Part shown: positions 11,712 through 22,983 of the stretch, in pieces | Numbering within the stretch: the first letter of the stretch is position 1 | How the letters are laid out: each line of letters starts with the position of its first letter | Source of the DNA: Spirogloea muscicola | Lineage: Eukaryota | NCBI GenBank assembly: GCA_009602725.1 | Contig: WELB01000009.1 | Coordinates: forward strand, 367,870 to 409,264 | DNA: 41,395 bases | Direction: 5' to 3' | Position numbers and translations under genes: made by a program | Notes under the pieces: generated by a model | Told to the model about the DNA's origin: nothing | The model's input: only the letters and a program-made list of their open reading frames with translations | Database searches by the model: none

Positions 11712-14583
11712 ATGATCCAGGCCATCTTCATCATCGGCGAGGGCGGGTATGGCCGGAATGGCGGAGAGCTCCTGCAACTGCGGCGCAGCTAACGTCCTGG
11801 CCGCCTGATCGGCTAACACGATTGCTGTGGTGCCGTCTCTGAGCGCAGGGAGGTGCTGCTGGAGAAGCAGTGTGGCGGGCCGCCAGTCGAGCGAGCCGTA
11901 TGCGTCTGGTTCTCCGGCCTTGGGTCTCCCAGTGAGGTGACAACCACCGCTAGACCTTCAGCTTCAGGCGTAGACGTGAAATTGCTATTGAATAGTGGGT
12001 AGAGTTTTGGGTTAAGTTTTCGCAGTCACAGTTCTGGGCGTTAGCAGGAGTAGCAGCAGATGCTGCTACACTGGCCCAGGCGAGGACCCTCTAGTGCAAA
12101 TTTTAGAGCCCCTCCCTGAGGGCCTGCACCTCCGAGACCCAAACAAGCCTTTGCCAACAAGCTCGCCATGGCAAAATTCCATAAGCCCAGTTGGTGGACA
12201 GCTCCTAGAACCATTTCCTCTTCTGCAGCCTCTATTGACGCAGGCATCCAGCAAGACATCCAGCAGCCTTGCAGTTGTAACACAAAGAAGAGATGTGTAT
12301 CTAGCAAGCAATGAGCGCAGCCAGACTGCTCAGTTGTTAGATGAGGCCTTGGGCTTGCATTCAGGGTTCGGCTCTACTCGTCAGCCTTTCGAGTACAAAG
12401 GTGGAGTCGTGACTGTTGCGCATCTTGGGCCGCCGTGAGCTGCGCGCAGCTCCCAGCGGTGGTCGTGTCGCCGCGCTACTATGTAGCGCACCTTGAGCGT
12501 GGCCCGCTCTCCTTCCTGGCGACCTCCCGCGCCGAGATGCCACCGCTACTCGTCCTTGAGGCACGTGAGACCAACTTGAGCCACTGCCCACTCAACATCA
12601 TAAAGATGTGTAACCCTTGGCCTCTGATTGACTTTTGCCTCCCCCTAAGCCTTGGAGCATTCCACCTCACGTCTAATTTCACATTATTTACTGGATTACC
12701 CCTTACCTTAGAACCCTAGAAAAGCAATTCAGTTGCTAATTACAATACTGCTATCCAACATGCAAAATGGTCTGTGGATCTTCATCTCTACCTTTGTCAA
12801 CGTGTCAGGGGCTGATTACCACTGCGGCCCTTCTAAGCTCTGCATCGCTTCCTTGCAGTTCCTGCGCCGCATTGCGGACGTGGTGACGGAGTACCTCGGT
12901 GGCCTCAATGACGACTTGCTGCGCGACCACTATGCCACTCTCTACCAACTCCTTGATGAAATGGTCGACGCCGGCTATCCTCTCACCACCGAGCCCAACG
13001 TCCTGAAGGTCATCTCAATTCTCTGAAAGTCCAGCATTCATTCAATCATCTGAAGTCCAGCATTTACTTTGATCTGTTTGACTCTCTGACCGTCATGCAT
13101 GATTTCTGACTCTGTATGTATATCTTGCGAGCCACTACCAATCCTTGTCCATGTTGCCTAACTAAGGAAGGGAACTCCTTGAGCATTCTGCAGGAGATTG
13201 TGCCGCCGCCAACCTTGATGTCGCGCGTCATCAGCGTGGTCACTGGCAGTGGTGGGAGTGCGGCGGCAGCAGTCGCGCTCCCCGAGGCCGCAGCATCCAT
13301 GGTCCCCTGGCGCAGCGCGGGCGTTCGGCGTGCCGCCAATGACATCCAAGCCGACCTGCACGACCGCCTCGATGCTGTCTTTGGCAGGTGCAACAATCAT
13401 ACTACGTAAACACAGTCAGAATCATTGTTCTGTGTGTTGCTTGGGCAAGTCCCCAATGATGGAATCTAAGCCGACGCAGCAGCCCACTTCTCATGGTCGC
13501 AGGGACGGCGCTCTGCTGCGGTGTGAAGCAGTCGGCGAGGTGCGGTGCACATCGCGCCTGTCGGGCGTGCCGGACGTGACGCTGGCCTTCACCCAACCGC
13601 GCCTGCTCGACGACGTCGCCTTCCACCCCTGCGTGCGCTTCCGCGCCTGGGAGGCCGACCGCCGCCTCTCGTTCGTCCCACCAGACGGCACCTTCAAACT
13701 CATGACATACAGGTGGCATACAAGCCACAAGGTTACAGAAATTCAAGCTCTGATTTGTGGGTTAATCTAATTTTCTAGATTAGTGGAGGTTGATGCTTTG
13801 TTGAAAGGGTTGCTTTGGGCTGCATTTCTATAGCTGGAGATGAAGTACAATTCAGCAGCAGCGGCTCTGAAGATCAGAAGGCCACAATCCTGCTCTGCAG
13901 AACATTGCCATGAAGCTGGGCTGACCACTGTCCGTCACAATGACTTGGTCTACCGTGCCGCTCCTTGCTAGGGTACGGAGGCTGGCCAGCGCGCCGCCGC
14001 TGTATGTCAAGCCCCAGCTGAGGTTCAATGCTGGGGGCGAGGGCCATCTATCCGTCATTGTCGGCTCACGGGGTGCGATGGCGCGTAAGGGCGCCGCTGC
14101 TGCCAGTCCTGACGGCATTGTCCTGCGCGTCCCGTTTGCCCACACTGCCGTCATGGCGGCCGACCTCTCAACTACGCACGGCGCTGCCAACTTCGACCCC
14201 CTGACCAAGGTGGGGCAACCAGAGTCCCATTCAAGCTGCAGTTGTATGGCCACTGTCTTAGCAGTCAATAGAATTGTTGTTCAGTCCGTTTGCCATTAAG
14301 TGATTCTATGGTTACCTTGCAGGTCTGCACATGGCGCCTCGGCACGCTGCCCAAGGAGGGTGTGCCATCGATGGCGGCGGCGCTGCGCCTGGCGCCCAGC
14401 GCGGCGCCACCCGCATTTCCACCAGCGATCACCGTGGAGTTCCGCGTGCCGGGTGCCTCGCTCTCGGGCGTGCACATCGAGCGGCTACACGTTGGCGGCC
14501 GTGGAGCGAGTGGCACCGCACCACATCACCCTGCCAAGAGCTTTCACAGTACCACTGCTTGCCACTACGAGGTTCGGCTCTGA
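11712..14583 (+). CDS. AP3M: AP-3 adaptor complex subunit mu (8 exons)
   Basis: Exons 11712-11746, 11849-11936, 12450-12560, 12859-13008, 13194-13387, 13503-13712, 13972-14209, 14323-14583. Motifs: MIQAIFII..GEVLLEKQ, EMPPLLVLE|FLRRIADV, LLDEMVDAGYPLTTEPNVLKEIVPPP, VPWR, SRLSGVPD, FHPCVRFRAWE..LSFVPPDGTFKLMTYR, YEVR. Confidence 0.93.
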
Positions 14584-15114
14584 GTTGCTGCGTTTACTAA
14601 TTGCCCACAACCTTCTTTCTCTCAAGACCAGACTAGATGTAGCAGCCGCCTTATGTTCACATGTTACCATTAGTGTTCACATTTTTTAAGTTTCACATCA
14701 GTGCCATATTCCTTGTCTTACCACCTTCCTTAGTATTAGTAGCTTCCACTGGGTGCACAATACAGCCACTTAAGCATTGCAATCATAACGAGCATGGACT
14801 GTTTGGTCGGTGTTAATGTGCTAAATGCTTTGTAATTGCCAAGGTAGCTTGCAGTGCAAGGGTCGTCCACCATGAAGAAGTGCACATGGTTCTTGCCGTG
14901 CACGGACGTGTCCAAACATCGGTGTGCAAATGAGTGACAAATGAGTGGGGTGAAGAAGGCTTATTGCCGCAAAAAATTGGGCATACAAGCACATGGTTTG
15001 GCACTGCGCTGCTAGATGCAACGAGGAAAATAGTGAGACAGGTCTGCAATGGCCAAACTCTTTGCGTGGCCAGTTGCAACTAAAGTGATCGGGAGTACTG
15101 TGAATGATTTGCAT

Positions 15115-15232
15115 GGAGGGGGGGAGAGGAGGAGTAAGAGGGAGGCAGGACGTGGAGGGACAGAAGAGGGAGGGCAGAGGAGGACGGAGGGAAGATGGAG
15201 CGAGCCGAAAGACAGAGGAGGGAGGGAGGAGT
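15115..15232. repeat. GA-rich polypurine low-complexity tract
   Basis: GGAGGG/GAGG-rich run. Confidence 0.7.
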
Positions 15233-15233
15233 G

Positions 15234-17782
15234 TCAGCTGCAGCCAGCCACATTGCATGCTACCGCAGGTATGCGGCTGCAGCAGGGCCAGCGGCAGGTC
15301 CGTGCTGCTCGCGGCTGAGCAGGCCGGCCAGCACCGCCTGCTTCAAGGGATCCGTCGTGTGGCTGCACAAACAAACCGCGCAAGGTCAGAGCGAGCTGTG
15401 GCCGGAGGACAGGTGCCACTGCATGGCGGCTGGCGAAGCAGCGAAGACGATAATTGCCAGCAAGGAGATGGTACCTGTGCTGCAGGATGTCAGCGATCGG
15501 CGACCGGAAGCGGCTCCGCAGGCTGCTGCCCTCGCTATGGTGGCCCTCGGGGACAGCCTGGAGCCGCCGCTTGCTCCGGCCTGCGCCGATGGCGGCACCA
15601 CCAGGACCGGGGAGCCGCCGCTGTTGCTCTGGGGAGGGAGCGACGTCGCCGTCTGCCGGCGGTGGCGGCGATGACAGCGGCTCCGCACCTCGCACCCGGC
15701 TGGCGAGCACGATGACGCACACAGCAGCTGCGATTGCCGGGATGCGGCCAAGGAAGAGGGCGCTGAGCACGACGACCAGCGTGAGTGCCAACGCCATGCC
15801 GCTCCTGCTCTGCCTCGGCAGGGGCTCCGCAGCGGCGGCCATGGCAGGAGCTGCAGCAGGACTCTCGGCTGAGACTGCAGATGGCGATGCCACAGAGCCG
15901 GCGGCTGGCAGCACGAAGCCTTCCTGGACTCGTGTTGCCGCTGACGCCACCGAGTGGCGGCGCTCGCCACCCATTGCCATCGGCGACGCAAGCTCCTCTG
16001 CTGATGCCGCGGCAGCAGCCGCTGCTGCCCTCCGGCTGTGGTAGAAGTGCGTAGCAACACGCGCCGCTGCTGGCGGCGGCCCGGCAGCGGCAGCAGCCGC
16101 CGCATGGCGGCTCCAACGCCGCACCGCCGGACTGCTGGGTGCACTGCGTGTTGCCATTGGCGACGAAGGCAGCGAAGACTCGCCGCCGCTACCAGCAGCG
16201 GCACTGGCCGTGGCAGCTGCCGCTATGGAGGACCTCGGTGATGCTGACTGGTCTTCGCCGGCCAGCACGGCCCTCAACGACGGCCGGAAGAGCCGCCGGA
16301 AGCCGCGGTGGTGCCTCACGACCGGCGTCCGATGGACATCCGGCTCCGAGCTCGTCCGAACCAGGACATTGGGGGGCATGTCCACCGCCCCGGCGGCTGC
16401 GTCTTCCATCGCGGACAGCGCCACAGTGGCCGCGGATGCCGCGAGCTCTGGCACGTTATCTGCAGCGAAACAGGTGAATTCCCAAATGGTTAGCAACATT
16501 AAGGTCAATGCAAGATTGAAAACAATCAAGCAAGATGCAAGATTGAGAAAAACTGTAACTGATAAGCCATGGCCGAGCCGTGCTAGCTGTGATGAGTCTC
16601 ACCTGCGTTGTCAGAGAGGCTGCCACTGGAGCCAGAGGCGTCGTCCTCGGCGGCGGCCGCGGCTGAGGCGGCTTGAGACGGAGGCGAGCCGGCGAGGCTG
16701 AGCGGCGGCGGCGTCGCGGGCCGCAGCAGGGGCCGGTCGTAGCTGCGCGAGTACGACGCAGCGCTGCGCTGCCAAGATAGGCAACCGCCTGTCGCGGTCG
16801 TCGGCGACGCGGGCAGCGAGGCGCTCACGCTGCCCCCCAGCTGAGTGCCCGCTTTGCCACCACTAGTGTGGCTGCCGCCGGCGTCAACGCCTCTGATGGC
16901 TGCCACCGGCCGCATCAGCGGGCTGATTGGCAAGCTGCGGCAGACGTAGACAGAACGGGCTTCACTGTTGCGGCTGTGGTGGCCGCCGTGAGCCCCTGCA
17001 AGCTCATGGGAGGAGGCCACGTTGATGCGCGAGAGTGTCGCAAGCTTGCGGTCCTCCTCGTCGTCCGCCTTGGCCGGCGCTGCCGCCGTCGCTGGCGCTG
17101 CTGTCAACGGCCGCTCCCGTAATTGCCGGAGCCGCCGCAAGGCAGCCAGCGTCCACAGGGACAGCCAGAAGGCCAGGACGGCGAGGAAGGCAGCGGCCAG
17201 AAGCATGGAGGCGAGCCGCATCATGGCCCTGCCATAGCCTCTGTTGGTGCTGGCGAAGGCTGCGACGGCGAGCAGGCCGGTGAGCACCGCCACTGCAATG
17301 GTCGCCTGCTGGGGGGGACTATATGGCAGCAGCCGTGAGACGAGGCAGGAGCAGCCGCCGCCGCCTTCCGCCGCCGCCGTCGGCACTGGCGTCGGCGCCG
17401 ACACGACGGCCATGACGACGTGGTGCACCACCATGCTCAGCCGCAGCCCGCCGGCGCGCTTCTTGACGCCGCCAGCAGCGGCGCCGAAGGCGGGGGCCTC
17501 CAGCAGCAGGGGCCGGGCGCCGCCGGGCGAGAGCTCGCCATCGGAGAAGGGCAGGAGCGGCGGCGGCGGCGGCAGCACCGCGGAGGAGGCCTCGCGGCTG
17601 TACTCCTCCGGCACGAAGCGCAGCAGCGCGGGCGCCGCCGCGCCGGCGGCCAGGTACACGAACGGCGCCGCCGAGAAGGACGACTGCGCTGCCGGCGGCG
17701 GCGGCGGCGCCTTCTTCTTCGTCGGCGCGGCGGCGGCGCTGCTGGAGGCGGCGCGCCTCCACCGCCGCGGCCAGTGGACCAT
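15234..17782 (-). CDS. Uncharacterised Ala/Ser/Pro-rich membrane protein (at least 2 exons)
   Basis: ATG at 17782 is tentative. Exon to 16603, GT-AG intron 16602-16460, then exon from 16459 open to 15234. Hydrophobic segments IAVAVLTGLLAVAAFA, LASMLLAAAFLAVLAFWLSLW and LALTLVVVLSALFLGRIPAIAAAVCVIVL. The 3' end is uncertain. Confidence 0.65.
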
Positions 17783-17890
17783 CACTCTCGGCGCTGCGCC
17801 AGTTTGGGCCGCGCCGGCTGCGCTCCAGATGTGATGGCAGATGGAAGTCCGCCGCACTCCTCGCTGAGAGCAAGCAATATGGCACCCAAT

Positions 17891-17921
<31 letters not shown>

Positions 17922-17926
17922 TGGAG

Positions 17927-18721
17927 NNNNNNNNNNNNNNNNNNNNNNNNNNNNNNNNNNNNNNNNNNNNNNNNNNNNNNNNNNNNNNNNNNNNNNNNNN
18001 NNNNNNNNNNNNNNNNNNNNNNNNNNNNNNNNNNNNNNNNNNNNNNNNNNNNNNNNNNNNNNNNNNNNNNNNNNNNNNNNNNNNNNNNNNNNNNNNNNNN
18101 NNNNNNNNNNNNNNNNNNNNNNNNNNNNNNNNNNNNNNNNNNNNNNNNNNNNNNNNNNNNNNNNNNNNNNNNNNNNNNNNNNNNNNNNNNNNNNNNNNNN
18201 NNNNNNNNNNNNNNNNNNNNNNNNNNNNNNNNNNNNNNNNNNNNNNNNNNNNNNNNNNNNNNNNNNNNNNNNNNNNNNNNNNNNNNNNNNNNNNNNNNNN
18301 NNNNNNNNNNNNNNNNNNNNNNNNNNNNNNNNNNNNNNNNNNNNNNNNNNNNNNNNNNNNNNNNNNNNNNNNNNNNNNNNNNNNNNNNNNNNNNNNNNNN
18401 NNNNNNNNNNNNNNNNNNNNNNNNNNNNNNNNNNNNNNNNNNNNNNNNNNNNNNNNNNNNNNNNNNNNNNNNNNNNNNNNNNNNNNNNNNNNNNNNNNNN
18501 NNNNNNNNNNNNNNNNNNNNNNNNNNNNNNNNNNNNNNNNNNNNNNNNNNNNNNNNNNNNNNNNNNNNNNNNNNNNNNNNNNNNNNNNNNNNNNNNNNNN
18601 NNNNNNNNNNNNNNNNNNNNNNNNNNNNNNNNNNNNNNNNNNNNNNNNNNNNNNNNNNNNNNNNNNNNNNNNNNNNNNNNNNNNNNNNNNNNNNNNNNNN
18701 NNNNNNNNNNNNNNNNNNNNN
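17927..18721. other. Assembly gap
   Basis: N run. Confidence 0.99.
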
Positions 18722-21224
18722 GCTGCTGGCACAAGAGCTAGTCAATTGCCGTCCGGTATTCGAGCGTCAGCTAGCGACCTCTACGTGCTGACTCGTGGTT
18801 ACTGAGCGGGTCAGCTTAGCAGCAGGTGACGTACATTTGTCCAATGTGCTTGCCTTTGTACTTGGCCACACATGGCCTCCCCATCTCTTAATATACACGC
18901 ATTTCCCCGCAGCCGCACATCTACCAAACTTGCGCCTTCACTACTTTGTGACTTCCATTTTGACGAAGAAGAAGGCTCGCCCATTTGACGGGCTGACCGT
19001 TTCTCGTTTTTCCCAAGAAGGGAAAACTTGGGGCCTTGTCCAGTCTTGAGTCAGCTCCATGGGCGAGCACTCTTCATTCTGGAAGAAAGAAGGTGACAGC
19101 TCTTCATTTCGTAGCTGCTTTGTTTCAGCCCTTCCAGATTTTGTACATTCCGTTGGGCTGGCCTCTCACAGCCATTGCCGTAAATTATAAGAGCTGTTTC
19201 TTTTCTTCTCTACAGTAAGACGATGGCTATGAGATGGCACTCTTCTCTATGGGCGAGCACTTCTTCTCTATGAGAGGCCAGTCCGGAAAGATTTGACAAG
19301 GTCCGAAATGGGCCGAAAAGCGCTGACGTACACAAGCAATTACGTATGTAAGCAAGCCCAAAAAGGGTGAAATGGAAGAGCATGCCTCTCTTCCGTTCAT
19401 GCGTTTGCCTCTTTTCCGCTTCCGCGGCGTTTGGTAAGTTCCACTTACGTGGCGCAGCGCACAGTCTCGGCTGCGCGCCCGCCGGCCCCGCCCCCGTGCC
19501 CGTGGGCTAGCTGCAAATGACGGAGCCGTGCCGATCAAGGCACAAATAATATGCGGCATATGTGGATCGGTGACAGACCGCGGTTTAGGGTCCCATGGCG
19601 GCGGTGGCTTGACCGACACGCACGCCCGCCGACACGAGGCCCCCAAACGGGCAGGAGGGGGGCGCCAGCCTGGGTGCTCACGTCAGGCGGCCACCAGGCG
19701 GGGCTCTCAATTCAGACTGGCGAGCGAACATGCCGCGCGTGCGTTGCTCTGGACTCCGTCGTCCTTTGTGCATTCTTTTACCTGGGCTGGCCTCTCCCAG
19801 CCACCGCTCTATGGGCGAGCACTTCTCTCTCTTGGAAGCCGCTTTTCCAGCCCCTATCCTCAACTGGCGAGCAACTTTCTTCTTTCTCCTTCGTTCTTTT
19901 GGACTTGGACTTTCTGGGACGCTCTAACTCTTGAAGACCTGTTTCTCTGGGCTGGCCTTACACAGCTTTCCGCTGACATTGTCCATTCTTTCTGGGCTGG
20001 CTTTGCTGGCCCCCTTTCTCTATGGGCGCGCCCTTTCTTTCCGCTGTCCGGCACCCCCGGACCTAGTCCTTATTTTCGGGCTGCTTTTCACAGCCCTCGC
20101 TCCACTTCCCTTTGGTTCTCTCTCTCTCTTTGGTCGAGCTTACCTTACTTTCACAGCCATCCACAAGTTTCAGGGGTGCAAAGGGCCAGCCCAAAAGAGT
20201 GACAGACATCTCCCCTTTTTGCTTGCCTTTGTACTTGGCCATTTGGCCTTCGTTTGTTTCAAATACACGAATTTTCCTTTTTTGGAGGAGCTTCGTTCAT
20301 TTGCTTTAGAAAAAGTTTCTACTGGTCACTTCTTTTCTTCTACATATATCGTCCTTTCGTTTGGGCTGGCCTCTCATAGGTGATGTACTAGGAGGAAGAA
20401 TGAAGAGTAAGTTCCTGAGTTGCCCTCCCGGCGCCGCGACTCTGCGCCCCTCTTGCATAAGTCAGCATGGCCCGGCGCACTTGGCACTTAGGGGTCGCTC
20501 AGCAATAGCGGTTTGCTTAACCACTTCCCAAGCTCCGCCTCGCCGGCCATTACTGACTAACATTAGCGCTAACACACGGCACTCAACCCATGTCAGCCTC
20601 CGTCACAGGAGCGCGGGGGCGGCTTCCCCGCAGCCCCACTGGCCTGACGTCAGCGGGACGGTGACCCCTGCCCTGACGTCACCCCCGCCTCGCTGACCTG
20701 GTGCACACGTGCACGTGGGACCGCCCTCCTAGCAATAAACCTGCCGCCCAGCCCGTGTACGGCCGGGCGGCGTGATCAAAAGCGTGGACAAATGCAAGCA
20801 GGCATAGGAATCAAAAGCGTGAGCAAACGCTGGAAGGTCGACGCGTGTCGTGGCTGGCCGGCCTCCGACAGGCCGTCACGCTGTCAACGTCACGCAGCCC
20901 CCAGTATGCTGACGTCAGCGATGGTGGGTGGCCGCATCGGCCTCAAGTGGGCGTGACGGAATAACACAGCTTCTCTCTGTGGGCTCTGTGGGCATTCTTT
21001 TTGGGCTGGCTTTTCGCAGCCCTTGCCCCCATTGGGAGTGCCACTTCTTTCTTTCTGTTTCTCGACCAGTGTAAGGCAATTGTTGTGAGATTTGTTGGTA
21101 GAGTAGAGGAGTCCTTCCTCGGCATCTCATTCTTCGGCTTTGGACATTGTCCATTCTTTTTAAGCTGGCTTTGCCAGCCCCTCTTTCTCTATGGGCGAGC
21201 CTTCTCCTTCGTTTTCGCTCCGGC

Positions 21225-21905
21225 GAAGAAAGTGCTCGCCCATTGAGAATAGGGGCTGGAACAACCAGCCCGAAAAAGAATGAACAGAGTACGAGAAGGG
21301 GGCCAGGGGAAGCGCTAAGTAACAGAAACAAAGCTGCTACGAGACACTCAGTAACCCCTGCTAAGCAGCCGCAGATCAGAGATGCTGGGCTCCTGGAAGT
21401 GGGTCCCCTGGCCAGAGCCAGAGGCAGCAGCGAGGGCTCTGCCGGCACGAAGGTGCAGCGCCCGGGCCATGGACCTCTGCAGCGAGACGGCCAGGCGCAT
21501 TCGATACACTTGCGCCAGCGACCCGGCTGCAGGGAAGTCAACCGGCTCCCCATGGAAGCGCCGGGCGATGGTGTGGCGGGCGAGCTGGGTGAGCAGCTCG
21601 AGCCACCGAGCGCCCAGCGCCCCATGTGTGTCGATGGCCAACGGGAAGAACTCGTCTTCCCGCGGATGATCCGCGTACTTCAGCTCTTTGGCCCGAGCAG
21701 CGCAGGCGACCGCATACCCAGCCGTGGTGGCACATTTGGCTGGGTGTGAGCGGTCATAGGCATCAGTAGTCACCACGTCCAGGAGAAGACGTGGCCCGCC
21801 GGCCTGTCGGGTGGCCACCGGGTCTACACGCCTGGCATGGAGACCGTCGGCCCTGTGCTGGATTGGCATGATTCCGGAGTGCTCTGCTGCCACGGAGAAA
21901 CCAGC
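21225..21905 (-). mobile_element. Longest subfamily B copy: intact RLE endonuclease C-terminus plus 3' UTR
   Basis: Open frame AEHSGIMP...RRVDPVATRQAGGPRLLLDVVTTD...ARAKELKYAD...FFPLAIDTHGALG...RLAVSLQRSMARAL...SDLRLLSRGY*. This is the R-x-D-x(14)-D, KxxKY, FxPxAxDTxG pattern of RLE endonucleases. Possible TSD CTCCGGC (21218-21224 / 21906-21912). Confidence 0.88.
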
Positions 21906-22028
21906 CTCCGGCTCCTTCCTTCCGACCTGGTCCATTCCTTTGGGCTGGCCTTTCCCAGCCACCAGTCAATCTGGCCGCGCTTCTCTTTTGGGCTGGCCTC
22001 TCCCAGCCACCAGTCAATCTGGCCGCCC

Positions 22029-22724
22029 TTGTTGCTTGTGAGAGGCCAGCCCGGGAGAAATGAAAAGAAATAGCTCTTCCAGTAGAGGGTGATGGCTGTG
22101 ATTGGCCAGCCCAGGAAAAGAGGGAACGAAGGAGATGAACAGACAAAGGGGCCGCCCATTGAAAAATAGGGGCTAGCAAAGCCAGCCCAGAAAAGACTGG
22201 ACAATGTCCGCAGGCCTCAAATGCCAAACGGAAGGACGCGGTGAGCTGGCCTTTCTTCTTCTTTGCCATAGACAGAGAGAGAGAGAAAGAAGCTCGCCCA
22301 TATAGAGAGAGAGAGAAGGCGCGCGGGGCGCATGAATTGAAAGGGAGGCCAATTCAAGCCAATACATTGTTCAGGCAGAGTCGAGTGCAGACTCGCTTGT
22401 TGCTTGTGAGAGGCCAGCCCGGGAGAAATGAAAAGAAATAGCTCTTCCAGTAGAGGGTGATGGCTGTGATTGGCCAGCCCAGGAAAAGAGGGAACGAAGG
22501 AGATGAACAGACAAAGGGGCCGCCCATTGAAAAATAGGGGCTAGCAAAGCCAGCCCAGAAAAGACTGGACAATGTCCGCAGGCCTCAAATGCCAAACGGA
22601 AGGACGCGGTGAGCTGGCCTTTCTTCTTCTTTGCCATAGACAGAGAGAGAGAGAAAGAAGCTCGCCCATATAGAGAGAAGGCGCGCGGGGCGCATGAATT
22701 GAAAGGGAGGCCAATTCAAGCCAA
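22029..22724. repeat. 368-bp-period direct tandem duplication
   Basis: 22029-22396 is repeated from 22397 to ~22724. The copies differ visibly only in an (AG)n run. Confidence 0.92.
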
Positions 22725-22821
22725 TCCATAGAGAAGGGGGCTAGCAAAGCCAGCCCATAGCATCTTCTGGCCCCTTTGTAGCTGCTACACGCTTGTAGCA
22801 GCTCTCCCGGCCGCAATTGAC

Positions 22822-22983
22822 CAGCATCTCTGATCTGCGGCTGCTTAGCAGGGGTTACTGAGTGTCTTGTAGCAGCTTTGTTTCTGTTACTTAGCGCTTC
22901 CCCTGGCCCCCTTCTCGTACTCTGTTCATTCTTTTTCGGGCTGGTTGTTCCAGCCCCTATTCTCAATGGGCGAGCACTTTCTT
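22822..22983 (+). mobile_element. Subfamily B 3' end inserted into a subfamily A copy
   Basis: Flanked by AATTGAC at 22815-22821 and 22984-22990. The host (PAAID|TFG...) continues to RGY* at 23255. Confidence 0.8.

Noticed and set aside
21930..22030. HDV-like ribozyme in the GGGCTGGCC...CCAGCCACCAGTCAATCTGGCC repeats
   Set aside because: I could not build the nested double pseudoknot (P1/P1.1/P2/P3/P4) by eye.
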